Source: Thermodesulfobacteriota bacterium (GTDB lineage Bacteria > Desulfobacterota > Desulfarculia > JACQYL01). Taken from it: 64,000 bases of DNA. The notes under the pieces are model-generated. The model made no database searches, was not told the DNA's origin, and saw only the letters and a list, made by a program, of their open reading frames with translations. Position 1 is the first letter of the stretch, and each line of letters starts with the position of its first letter. Shown here one piece after another: positions 19,157 to 28,219 of this stretch. The stretch lies in assembly GCA_963675595.2 (NCBI GenBank), contig CAXXLZ010000002.1, positions 4,032,001 through 4,096,000 of the forward strand. The letters run 5' to 3'. A program made the translations under genes and the position numbers.

Positions 19157-20647
19157 TCAGTCGGATGCGGAAGGGCGCATGTGAGGGAAAAGAATTACGT
19201 CCCGGATGGACGGTGAATCCGTAAACAGCATGATCACTCGGTCGATTCCGATCCCCTCCCCGCCGGTGGGGGGCATTGCGTACTCCAGAGCCTGCAGGTA
19301 ATCTTCATCCAGTCGATGAGCTTCCTCATCACCCGCTTCCCTCTCCTTCAACTGAGCTTCGAACCGCTCTCTTTGGTCCATAGGATCATTGAGCTCGGAG
19401 AACGCGTTGGCGATTTCCCTGCCTCCGATGAAAAGCTCGAAGCGATCGACGAAATCGGGATCGTCATCGTTTTTGCGCGAAAGGGGAGACACTTCGAGGG
19501 GATAATTGGTGATAAAAGTGGGTTGAATGAGTTTGGGTTCCACAACGGCGTCGAATATCTTGGTCCACGCTTTTCCCGTGGTGTCCCTGGAATGCAGCGG
19601 AACGTCCAGGTCGGCGGCCAAATGAGTCAAACGGTCGGGGTCCCTCAAGTCGGACTCATCGAGCCCTCCCACTTCCACCAGAGACTGCATCAACGTCATC
19701 CGTTTCCAGGGCGCCCCGAAATCGATTTCCTGCTCCTGGTAGCTGATTTTCAGACCGCCCGTCACGTCGGTTGCCACCCTTCGAAACAGGTCCTGGGTGA
19801 TCTCAATCATGTCCTCATAGGTTGCGTACGCCTGATAGAACTCGAGCATGGTGAATTCGGGATTGTGACGCAGCGATATCCCTTCATTCCGGAAGTTCCG
19901 GTTCAACTCAAACACCCGGTTGAATCCACCCACGATGAGGCGTTTCAGGTAAAGTTCCGGGGCGACGCGGAGGTAAAGCGGGATCCCCAGCGCGTTGTGA
20001 AAGGTTTTGAAGGGTTTGGCCGTGGCGCCCCCGGGGATGACCTGCATCATAGGGGTTTCCACCTCTAAGAACCCGCATTCGGTGAGGAAGCTTCGAACCG
20101 ACTGGATAATCCGAGAGCGCTTCAGGAAGGTATCCCGGGTTTCGCTGTTCCCGATGAGGTCCAGATACCGTTGTCGATAGCGGGCTTCCTTGTCCGTCAA
20201 CCAGTGGTACTTTTCCGGCAAGGGGCGGAGGGCCTTGGAAAGCAATACCAAGGTTTCGGCCAGAACGGTGAGCTCTCCGGTTTTGGTTCGGAAGAGCATT
20301 CCTTCCACGCGTATGATGTCTCCCGTGTCAAGCTTCTTGAACAATGCGAAGGCTTCTTTGCCGACCGCATCCCGCTTCACGTAAACCTGAATTCGTTCCC
20401 CATCGTCCTGGATGTGAACAAAAGCGGCCTTGCCGAAATTACGCACCGCCATCATTCGGCCGGCAAGGCATACGCGCTCGGGCCGGCTCTCCAGCTCCTC
20501 GGCATCGACTTCGGCGCACTTCGCCACGACTGCGGGGATTGAATCGGTCACCCGGTATTGGTTGGGGTATAATGCGACTCCCGCCTCCCGGAGTTCGAGG
20601 GCTTTCTTGACTTGATTCGCTAAGACGGTGCTTGGGGTTTCAGCCAA
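19157..20647 (-). CDS. lysS: Lysine--tRNA ligase (class II)
   Basis: 'RYRQRYLDL', 'EVETPM', 'APELYLKRL', 'FRNEG', 'HNPEFT', 'GIGIDR'. Confidence 0.97.
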   Translation of the reverse strand: MAETPSTVLANQVKKALELREAGVALYPNQYRVTDSIPAVVAKCAEVDAEELESRPERVCLAGRMMAVRNFGKAAFVHIQDDGERIQVYVKRDAVGKEAFALFKKLDTGDIIRVEGMLFRTKTGELTVLAETLVLLSKALRPLPEKYHWLTDKEARYRQRYLDLIGNSETRDTFLKRSRIIQSVRSFLTECGFLEVETPMMQVIPGGATAKPFKTFHNALGIPLYLRVAPELYLKRLIVGGFNRVFELNRNFRNEGISLRHNPEFTMLEFYQAYATYEDMIEITQDLFRRVATDVTGGLKISYQEQEIDFGAPWKRMTLMQSLVEVGGLDESDLRDPDRLTHLAADLDVPLHSRDTTGKAWTKIFDAVVEPKLIQPTFITNYPLEVSPLSRKNDDDPDFVDRFELFIGGREIANAFSELNDPMDQRERFEAQLKEREAGDEEAHRLDEDYLQALEYAMPPTGGEGIGIDRVIMLFTDSPSIRDVILFPHMRPSASD

Positions 20648-20895
20648 ACCTGCGTCTCCCGGCTGTTCGATGGTTCGTTGAAAAAAAATAGGGGCGGACG
20701 ATGCGCGGGCACGGGCTTCGCCGCCCAGAAGTCTTTATTTTGATACTTTCGCCTGGAAAAAAGACAAAAGGAACGGTTGCTAAGTAAAACATCAAATGTG
20801 GGGAGTCAAGCAGGAAACCGGGGCGAAAGGAGATCGGACGGCCGCACTCCTTGCGGGCTCATGTTCCTCGAACTTCGGGAAAGCGCAATCCGGTT

Positions 20896-22161
20896 TCAAG
20901 CAAGCGCAACGGAAGGGGACTCCCTCAGTTTCACCAGGACGACCAGCGAGATCAGTGCGGCGGCAATCAGGTAGTATGCTATGGAAAGATCGTCATGACT
21001 CTTGTTGATCACGTAGGCCGCGACCATGGGGGTGGTGCCTCCGAACACCGCGAGGCAGATGTTGTAACCGACGGACAGTGCGCTGCACCTGACATGGCAC
21101 GGCAACGCCTCCACCATGGTCACCGGGCCCACACCCATGAAAGAGCCGATGAGCAGCGCGAATCCAAATTGACCCGTAAGAATCCATGCGAAATTCGGAT
21201 GGTGCATGAGCAGGAACAACGGATAGCCAAAGAGGATGATACCAATACAGGAGGCGATGAGTACGGGTTTTCTCCCGATTCTGTCGGAAAGAATTCCCGC
21301 TAAGGGAATGACCAACAATAGTGCGATCATGCTGAGCGTATTGATATCCAATGCCTCGGAGGAAGGCACCTTGACGATATCCACAAGGTACGTCGCGACG
21401 TAGACGAAAATCATGTAGAATCCGACCGCGTTGACTACGTTGAAGCCCATTACCTTGAACATGGCGGGTCGTTCATTGCGAAAAGCTTCCACAATGGGTG
21501 AAGCTTTTCTCTGTTCCGTTTCGGGCTCCCGGGCGGCCTCCGGAATGTGTTTTCTAATGAGAAGCCCCACCACGCCCACCGCGATTCCGACCAGGAAGGG
21601 AATTCGCCATCCCCATTGGTGAATCGCCTCCTGAGTGAGCATGGTATTCAACAAGGCGCTTACGGCGGACCCGAGCAGGATGCCTGTAACGGCCCCGAAA
21701 ACGCTCCAACTCCCCATGAATCCTCTCTTTTTCGGGTGGGCATGTTCCACGAGGAAAACGATGGAGGTGGTGTACTCGCCGCCGACCGAGAGTCCCTGGG
21801 CCATGCGCAGCAACACCATCATGATGGAGGCCGTGACCCCGATCTGCAGGGCGGTCGGCAGGACCCCAACCAGGAAGGTGGGAATCGCCATCATAAGCAC
21901 CGAAAGCGTGAGAGCCGACTTTCGACCGATCTTGTCGCCGATGTAACCAAACACGAGTCCGCCGATGGGCCTCATCAGAAAACCGGCGGCAAAAGCCCCG
22001 TAGGCTGCGACCAATGAAGCCACGGGGTCTTCCGAAGGATAAAACAGCTTTCCGATGATGGGTGCGAAATAGCCGTAGACGGCGAAATCGTACCATTCCA
22101 TGACGTTTCCGGCGATCCCCCCGATGATGATCTTGGTGTGAGAGGCTTGAGCGGCGCTCAT
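20896..22161 (-). CDS. MFS transporter, ProP/MHS family
   Basis: 'GNVMEWYDF', 'GDKIGRK', 'QGLSVGGE', 'WGWRIPF'; ATG 22161 after GAGGAG. Confidence 0.9.
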   Translation of the reverse strand: MSAAQASHTKIIIGGIAGNVMEWYDFAVYGYFAPIIGKLFYPSEDPVASLVAAYGAFAAGFLMRPIGGLVFGYIGDKIGRKSALTLSVLMMAIPTFLVGVLPTALQIGVTASIMMVLLRMAQGLSVGGEYTTSIVFLVEHAHPKKRGFMGSWSVFGAVTGILLGSAVSALLNTMLTQEAIHQWGWRIPFLVGIAVGVVGLLIRKHIPEAAREPETEQRKASPIVEAFRNERPAMFKVMGFNVVNAVGFYMIFVYVATYLVDIVKVPSSEALDINTLSMIALLLVIPLAGILSDRIGRKPVLIASCIGIILFGYPLFLLMHHPNFAWILTGQFGFALLIGSFMGVGPVTMVEALPCHVRCSALSVGYNICLAVFGGTTPMVAAYVINKSHDDLSIAYYLIAAALISLVVLVKLRESPSVALA

Positions 22162-22257
22162 GAACGTGTCTCCTCGGGAATATTGTTTCTCGCGTGGGAC
22201 CTTCATCGATCGGGCGCCGCCGAACGGATCGGAGGTTCGATACGGCGCAGCGGGCCC

Positions 22258-22857
22258 TTATGACCCCGCCTGCCCCGGCGGGGTGGACTCGAGCATCCGT
22301 CGGGAGGTTGGGAAGTCCAGACTCGATATCACCTTGACTATCGCGTCGTCGCTCACCCGAAGTTCCCGGAATTCCAAAAGTCCGGCTTCTTTAACGGCCT
22401 GTTTCCAGAACTCGTCCCTGGCGGGGTCGGACGAGTCGTAGGAATACTCGTACAGCACCCGCTTGATTCCCGCGCCGGCAATGAGCTTCAGGCAGACGTA
22501 GCAGGGCGCCAGGGTGGTGTACAGCGTAGCGTTTTCCAGAGAGATGCCGAAGCGGGCCGCTTGGGCGACGGTGTTGGCTTCGGCATGGGATGACCGGCAA
22601 AAGTTGTACTTGTCGTATTCATCGATGTTGAGATGACGCCGGTAGCAGAAGGGCCGGCCGTTTACGTCGGGCTCGTCAATGCAGTGAGGCGCTCCGGGCA
22701 TGGACCCGTTGTATCCCGTGGCCAGTATATACTTGTCCCTCACCGCCACCGCACCCGTGGGCCTGGAGTTGCACGTCGAGCGGGTGCTCACTATCTTGGC
22801 GATCACCATGAAATATTCGTCCCACGAAGGTCGCACGGAATTGACCTTTCCCTCCAA
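22258..22857 (-). CDS. dCMP deaminase family (zinc-dependent)
   Basis: 'RPSWDEYFM', 'RSTC', 'TGYNG', 'HAEAN', 'PCYVC'. Confidence 0.9.
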   Translation of the reverse strand: MEGKVNSVRPSWDEYFMVIAKIVSTRSTCNSRPTGAVAVRDKYILATGYNGSMPGAPHCIDEPDVNGRPFCYRRHLNIDEYDKYNFCRSSHAEANTVAQAARFGISLENATLYTTLAPCYVCLKLIAGAGIKRVLYEYSYDSSDPARDEFWKQAVKEAGLLEFRELRVSDDAIVKVISSLDFPTSRRMLESTPPGQAGS

Positions 22858-22884
22858 GGCTTGGGAACGCCCGCGAATCCGCGA

Positions 22885-23661
22885 CTACTCCCGTCCTTTT
22901 TCCTCGATGTAGGTTCTGAGCCGGGCGAGGTCGAAGTAGGACTCGGCCAAGCCCAATTTGAGGCAGGTGATGAACATCTCCCCGTCTTCAACTCCGATCT
23001 GTTCCGCCATGTACTCTTTAACCAGTTGGAGGCAGCCCAGATTGGCCGGGAGTCCGTTCCACAAATTCCAACTCCTGAAATGGATGCTGAAGTGAAGCTT
23101 GCCGTATTTAACGGCCGTGTCCACACCTCTGAGGCACTGGGTGGTGCCGGGCTGGTCCAGGTTGAACCGGTTGTCGATTTCTCTTTTTCGGATTAGGGTA
23201 CCGTCGGAGCGTCGCCGCACATCGACGGTTTCGGAGAGATCGGTTTCGGTATCATAGAAGTACAGACTCTCGGGACGTCCCACGGTCATGTAACAGTGTT
23301 TGGTCCCCGGTCCGTGCTTGCGGTAATAGTCGATCACCCATTCGATTTGCCAACTCAAATCCTGGCCATAGGTGTAATGCTCACCGGGTTGAGCCTGGTC
23401 GGTCATGTAATAGGGAAGATATTTTTCGATATATCCCGCCTCGACGGGATTGGGGATGCCCAGGGAGGGCGGAATTTCCGGTTCGAGGGGGCGAGTGCCC
23501 GGGTAGACGATGTGAGCGGATGCGAAATCGAGTTCCCAACGCCGAGTGGGAGTGCTTCCCTTGGTCACCATGTATTCCCGACCTTCGAGTACGGTGGCGC
23601 GTACCAGTTGAAACCAGAGGTCGGGGATGTCGCGGGCTCGAAGAAAGAGAGGCTTAAGCAT
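22885..23661 (-). CDS. Thymidylate synthase-like protein (archaeal-type, divergent)
   Basis: 'YTYGQ', 'QCLRGVD', 'FRSWNLWNGLPANL'; co-oriented with dCMP deaminase. Confidence 0.75.
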   Translation of the reverse strand: MLKPLFLRARDIPDLWFQLVRATVLEGREYMVTKGSTPTRRWELDFASAHIVYPGTRPLEPEIPPSLGIPNPVEAGYIEKYLPYYMTDQAQPGEHYTYGQDLSWQIEWVIDYYRKHGPGTKHCYMTVGRPESLYFYDTETDLSETVDVRRRSDGTLIRKREIDNRFNLDQPGTTQCLRGVDTAVKYGKLHFSIHFRSWNLWNGLPANLGCLQLVKEYMAEQIGVEDGEMFITCLKLGLAESYFDLARLRTYIEEKGRE

Positions 23662-23840
23662 GGCGATGGTGTGCTCGAAATGCTAAGTTGTTAAATTGAT
23701 TAATATAAATTAGGGAGAAAAGATACACCGAGACTGAGCCTTTCGTCAACCTCGTGCTGAAGAAAATGTAGATCGGGGTGCAGGTTGACAGGGGTCCTTA
23801 AATTCGATATGCCGGTACAAACCAGAGCGGAGACCGTTCC

Positions 23841-24059
23841 ATGCCCAATCTTTCCAAAATCAGTGAAGCCTGTCCCAGTCGGAGCGATAATCTCAAAAAG
23901 TGCAACTGCACGTATACCGGCTGCCCCAGGCATGGATTGTGTTGCCAGTGCCTTCAATATCACCTCTCTAATCAGGAGCTGCCGGCCTGTGCTTTTCCGG
24001 ACGAAGTGGAGCGAACCTACGACCGTTCCTTCAAGAGATTTATCAAGACGTACGGTTGA
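23841..24059 (+). CDS. Small Cys-rich protein (DUF6485-like)
   Basis: 'CNCTY..CPRHGLCCQC..YH....LPAC.F....E.TYDRS' pattern; GGAG RBS. Confidence 0.75.
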   Translation: MPNLSKISEACPSRSDNLKKCNCTYTGCPRHGLCCQCLQYHLSNQELPACAFPDEVERTYDRSFKRFIKTYG

Positions 24060-24231
24060 GGTGAGCTGCTTCGGCGAACAAGAAACGCCGCTTCCGATCC
24101 CCGAGATTTGGACCCGGTCCTTTAAATCCTAATTCCTCGACTTATTATAGAATTGAGGGCGGCTGGTCGCGGCAGGCGTCGCGTGTCGAGAGTGAAAACA
24201 AGGCGGCGAATGCCGGGAGTGAACATCTGAT

Positions 24232-25026
24232 ATGGAATCCATGTTGGCTGCGGCTCGAAGGGCCGCCGAAAAAGGTGGAGAAAGAATCCGTCAAGGTTGG
24301 GGAAATGCCCACGAGATACGTTACAAGGGTGAGACGGACTTGGTTACGGAAACCGATTTGGATGCCCAGAATGCGATTACGGCTGAAATCCGCTCCGCGT
24401 TTCCGGATCACTCCATCTTGACCGAAGAGGAGGGCGGTTCGGTCCAAAAGGGGGCCGAGCTTTGGATCATCGATCCACTGGACGGAACCACGAATTTCGC
24501 ACATCGTTTTCCTTTTGTGTGTGTTTCCATTGCCTGTAGGCGAGAGGGCGAGACCAGGGTGGGTGTGATTTACAACCCGATTCTCAACCAAATGTTCTGG
24601 GCGGAAAGGGGACGGGGTGCTTTTTTCAATGGGAACCCCATGCGGGTGACACGCCGCGAGGACTTGCGCAAGTCTTTGGTGGCAACCGGTTTTCCCTACG
24701 AATACCGAGGGAACGTTCGAAAAGAAGTAATTACCCGTCTGGACCGGATGATCGCCTCCAGCCGGGGGGTAAGGCGGGCCGGCTCCGCCGCCATGGACTT
24801 GGCCTATGTGGCATGCGGCATTTTTGACGGGTTTTGGGAACAGGAACTCAAACCCTGGGACATCGCCGCCGGAGCGTTGCTTGTTGAGGAAGCCGGGGGG
24901 CGTGTCGGCGACTTCGGCGGAGCCGAACTTAATCTGGACAAAGGCGAAATCCTCGCATCCAATGCGTTGATTCACGAACAGATGATGGCCGAACTGGACA
25001 TCAAAGGAAACGGGCAAAAGCCATGA
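24232..25026 (+). CDS. suhB: Inositol monophosphatase family
   Basis: 'DLVTETD', 'WIIDPLDGTTNFAH', 'RRAGSAAMDL', 'WDIAAG'. Confidence 0.92.
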   Translation: MESMLAAARRAAEKGGERIRQGWGNAHEIRYKGETDLVTETDLDAQNAITAEIRSAFPDHSILTEEEGGSVQKGAELWIIDPLDGTTNFAHRFPFVCVSIACRREGETRVGVIYNPILNQMFWAERGRGAFFNGNPMRVTRREDLRKSLVATGFPYEYRGNVRKEVITRLDRMIASSRGVRRAGSAAMDLAYVACGIFDGFWEQELKPWDIAAGALLVEEAGGRVGDFGGAELNLDKGEILASNALIHEQMMAELDIKGNGQKP

Positions 25027-25214
25027 GGCGATTTCTGAATGAAGAAGAACTGGAAGGACGTCTGAACTGCTTCGGCGACTTCGATCAGCAGGACACCATC
25101 TGCTTGTATCGCTGCGCGATCAATATCAACTGCGCTATTGCCAAGGGACGATATACCAGCATTCCGTTGCAGGAAGACGAATATTTCCCCGGTGGAAGGT
25201 TCATGTTCGAATAA
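25023..25214 (+). CDS. Small hypothetical protein with four Cys
   Basis: ATGA overlap with suhB stop; C-x10-C-x3-C-x5-C spacing. Confidence 0.6.
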   Translation: MRRFLNEEELEGRLNCFGDFDQQDTICLYRCAININCAIAKGRYTSIPLQEDEYFPGGRFMFE

Positions 25215-25266
25215 AGTCTCAGAGGAGATCGGCGACCCCGCGGGCGCGGCGGCCACAACCCTTGAA

Positions 25267-26202
25267 TCAGGGGCCTTCGTCGAACCGCCCAAGGGAGTCG
25301 GAGAATTCCTCTTCCTCCCACTCTCTCAGCTTTTCTTTGGCGCGCTTTTTCTTGTTCCGGTAGGCCAGCAGGAAAAGCAGGGCCATGACAAACCATAGGA
25401 CGCCGCTGCTCGTGAGCAGCGGGGCCATGGAAAACCGGACCTTTAAGAACCGCAGCCACTGCTCCTCCAGCTCTTTGTACTCCATTCCTCCGGACCTTCG
25501 GAGTGAGTCCTTGAAGCCGAATCCCCGTCGATAGTAATCGATAAAACGGTACAATCCTCCAGGCCCCAGGCGTTCTCGGAGAAAAGCCACGAGATAGTAG
25601 CTCTCGGCGTAGGCGAGGCGAGCCGTCTCCGGGTCTTCGGGAAATTCCCCCTCAATCCGGCTCAGCGGGATGACTCCATTGGTGAGTACCGCGCGGGTCA
25701 TCACCACCGGCCGCGACCAGTCCCACTCACGAGACAGGTACATAGCCAAACCCTCATTGAGCCAAGTGGGGATGGGATCGGTCCCGAAAGACTCTCCCAG
25801 CAGGATGTGGACATATTCGTGAACAAAGATGTCGAGGATGTCAGCTCCGGGCAGGAGTTTCGGTGACTTGAGCACGATGAGACGCTGTCCGGGATACGCG
25901 AGCCCGGCCGCCCACATGGGTGGAAGGCGGCGGGACGAACCATGGGCTGTGCGGAACCGATCCAGGTCCCGAGCAATGACCACACGGATTTTGCCTTTCG
26001 GGGTCAATTCCGTTTCTTCTTTGATGCGGCGGGCCACCCCTTCGATATTCTCTTCCAAATAAGAGGCCGTATTTCGGTCCTTCGAATCGAATTCGATGGA
26101 GAAGCTCGATGTTTCCACCACATCGGCACGAGCCGGATTACATGATGCCGCGAAAATCAAGACAAGCATGGAAAAGAAGAACGCGTGGATAGGGCGCATC
26201 AA
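25267..26202 (-). CDS. Peptidase MA-like metallopeptidase, exported and C-terminally anchored
   Basis: Signal/lipobox-like N-terminus, 'HEYVH' followed by 'WLNEGLA', 'LAYAES', C-terminal TM helix. Confidence 0.8.
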   Translation of the reverse strand: MMRPIHAFFFSMLVLIFAASCNPARADVVETSSFSIEFDSKDRNTASYLEENIEGVARRIKEETELTPKGKIRVVIARDLDRFRTAHGSSRRLPPMWAAGLAYPGQRLIVLKSPKLLPGADILDIFVHEYVHILLGESFGTDPIPTWLNEGLAMYLSREWDWSRPVVMTRAVLTNGVIPLSRIEGEFPEDPETARLAYAESYYLVAFLRERLGPGGLYRFIDYYRRGFGFKDSLRRSGGMEYKELEEQWLRFLKVRFSMAPLLTSSGVLWFVMALLFLLAYRNKKKRAKEKLREWEEEEFSDSLGRFDEGP

Positions 26203-26296
26203 TCATTTCGCTTTTTGCGGATGGAATGGGAACCGGCGCGGCGCGCTTCAGTGATACGGATTTTAGGTCCGATCACCGGTTCCTGAATATTATCGG

Positions 26297-27292
26297 CTAC
26301 TTCTCGTCCGAAGGGTCCAATGCGAGCCGGAATAAGGCGTCGAATCCGCATTCGACCCGTGGGTCTTCCAACAGCCTTAACGACCGGCGCAATTCCTGGA
26401 GATCCTTTAGCTCAACGGTAAGCTGGAGGTTTTCGGTTTCGAAAGAGGGGGCATGGCGGACCCGAATCGATTTGGGGAGGCCGAGTCCGTGTAATCGGTC
26501 TCGGAATATTTCCTCAGCTTGTGTCAGGCGCGGATGAAGTCGGGCTTTCAGCATTTCCCGAATTCGCTCCGCCTTTTGGGGCGTACTCAATATTTCATTA
26601 TTGAGAACGGCTTGGATTTCCTCATGCCGCGTCAACTCTTCGGCGGAAACGCCGTCTCGTAAGGAAAGGTCCAGCAGGGTTTCCAGCATCTCCTTCTGCC
26701 GGTTCAGATTGAGGTTCAGACAGAGGAGAAAACTGAAGACCGCCTCTCGATATCGTTCGGGAAATTCGTGGAGAAATATAACGGATTCGGCTGAAATACG
26801 GCCTGTCACCAATTCTTCGAGCACCTTATCATGGGAATCGGCGATTTTCAGCATTCGATCCAGCTCTCGCCGATGAGGGTGAAGCGCCAAGGCGGGGAGT
26901 ATCCGCTTGATCACCGTCTCCTCATCGGTGATTTTGAGGAACCTCTCGACGGCCCGCGCTTTCTCGGCCGGATTGAAACCTCGATGGACGAGGTTTTCCC
27001 AAAAGGCGATCTCAAGCCGTTCCAGGGCGTTGAAGGGACGGTCGAGAGCTCGGCAGGGGATGCGGTCGCGACCCAGCGCCGTCCAAGCCTCCAATCTGCG
27101 AAAGCCGCTAAGGATCACAAACCGTTTTTCTTCCCCCGGGCACAGCAGAACAGGCTGGATCAGCCCGATCCGTCGGAGAGATTCCACGAGGGGTTCGATG
27201 GAACGTCCGAAACTGAGTCTGTGTGCGTCCCCGCGAACATCGATCTCGTGCAGGGAGATGTTTTGAACCGGAAGGTCAAGCTGAATATCCAT
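26297..27292 (-). CDS. ParB/Srx N-terminal domain protein
   Basis: 'LVESLRRIGLIQPV', 'ILSGFRRL', 'WENLVHRGFNPAEKA'. Confidence 0.8.
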   Translation of the reverse strand: MDIQLDLPVQNISLHEIDVRGDAHRLSFGRSIEPLVESLRRIGLIQPVLLCPGEEKRFVILSGFRRLEAWTALGRDRIPCRALDRPFNALERLEIAFWENLVHRGFNPAEKARAVERFLKITDEETVIKRILPALALHPHRRELDRMLKIADSHDKVLEELVTGRISAESVIFLHEFPERYREAVFSFLLCLNLNLNRQKEMLETLLDLSLRDGVSAEELTRHEEIQAVLNNEILSTPQKAERIREMLKARLHPRLTQAEEIFRDRLHGLGLPKSIRVRHAPSFETENLQLTVELKDLQELRRSLRLLEDPRVECGFDALFRLALDPSDEK

Positions 27293-27486
27293 ACCGTACC
27301 TTAACACGGCTGCGCATCGTTCTCCAGACCATCTCGGGTGGGATGAGCCGGAAGGGTCCCTTTCGGCGGGCCTGTGCCGTTACGTCGGGGCGGCGAACGG
27401 AAGGATTCGTGGTTTGCTTCGTCGCGGCGCCGATGCATCGGAAGCTCTTTGTTCGGGCAAAAAAACTGTGATATAGTTAAGTTATC

Positions 27487-28128
27487 ATGGAAATTATTTG
27501 GATTATCGGTGCGGGCAAATTCGGCAAGCTTGCCCTCAAGCGACTTTCGGAACGGAGGAAAGGGACCCGCTTTGTATTAGTGGACCCGGCTAAGGAGAAT
27601 CTTAACGTCGACCAACCGAACTGCGCCGTCGAGACGGCCGACGGTGTGGAATATGTGTGGGCGGAACTGGGAAAAGGCAATGAACCCGAATGGATCATTC
27701 CCGCCCTTCCCGTGCATTTGGCCGCCGAGTGGGCTCTGAAAACCCTGGGACCGGAAGTTCTGGAGCGTGTGCCGATTCCCCCTGAAGTGGATTCCCAACT
27801 CAGGCATCCGCTTAGGGGAGGCAACGGCGACATTTACGTGACACACGCGGACTTTCTCTGTCCGGACGACTGTGCCGAGCCCAGTGAGAACTGTACCGTG
27901 ACCCAGCGCCCTCGCGGCAGGAACATGTTCCAATTGCTCGCCGAGACGTCGGTGCCTCCTTTTCGCCCTCTGGTGATCAGAAGCCGACAATTGGGTCCCG
28001 GAATCGGAGGGTACCGTCCCGGGGACCTTTTTGATCTCTTGGAGCGGATCCGCGCCGTACATGGGAACATTCTGTTGTGTACGGCTTGCAGATGCCACGG
28101 GGTGATAACCGGACTGGAACGGCATTGA
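27487..28128 (+). CDS. Conserved hypothetical protein: Rossmann-like N-terminus plus Cys motifs
   Basis: 'IWIIGAGKFG', 'CPDDCAEP..NC', 'TACRCHG'. Confidence 0.7.
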   Translation: MEIIWIIGAGKFGKLALKRLSERRKGTRFVLVDPAKENLNVDQPNCAVETADGVEYVWAELGKGNEPEWIIPALPVHLAAEWALKTLGPEVLERVPIPPEVDSQLRHPLRGGNGDIYVTHADFLCPDDCAEPSENCTVTQRPRGRNMFQLLAETSVPPFRPLVIRSRQLGPGIGGYRPGDLFDLLERIRAVHGNILLCTACRCHGVITGLERH

Positions 28129-28219
28129 TGACGGCCGGCCGAGATTTCTCTCCAACAAATCCGGAGTTCTAATTGATAACGGAGTTCTACATGCCGTAAC
28201 GGCAGGTCGGGTTGAGCAG

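Noticed and set aside
20650-20895. Possible lysine riboswitch or T-box upstream of lysS
   Set aside because: No recognisable conserved elements; looks like ordinary promoter sequence
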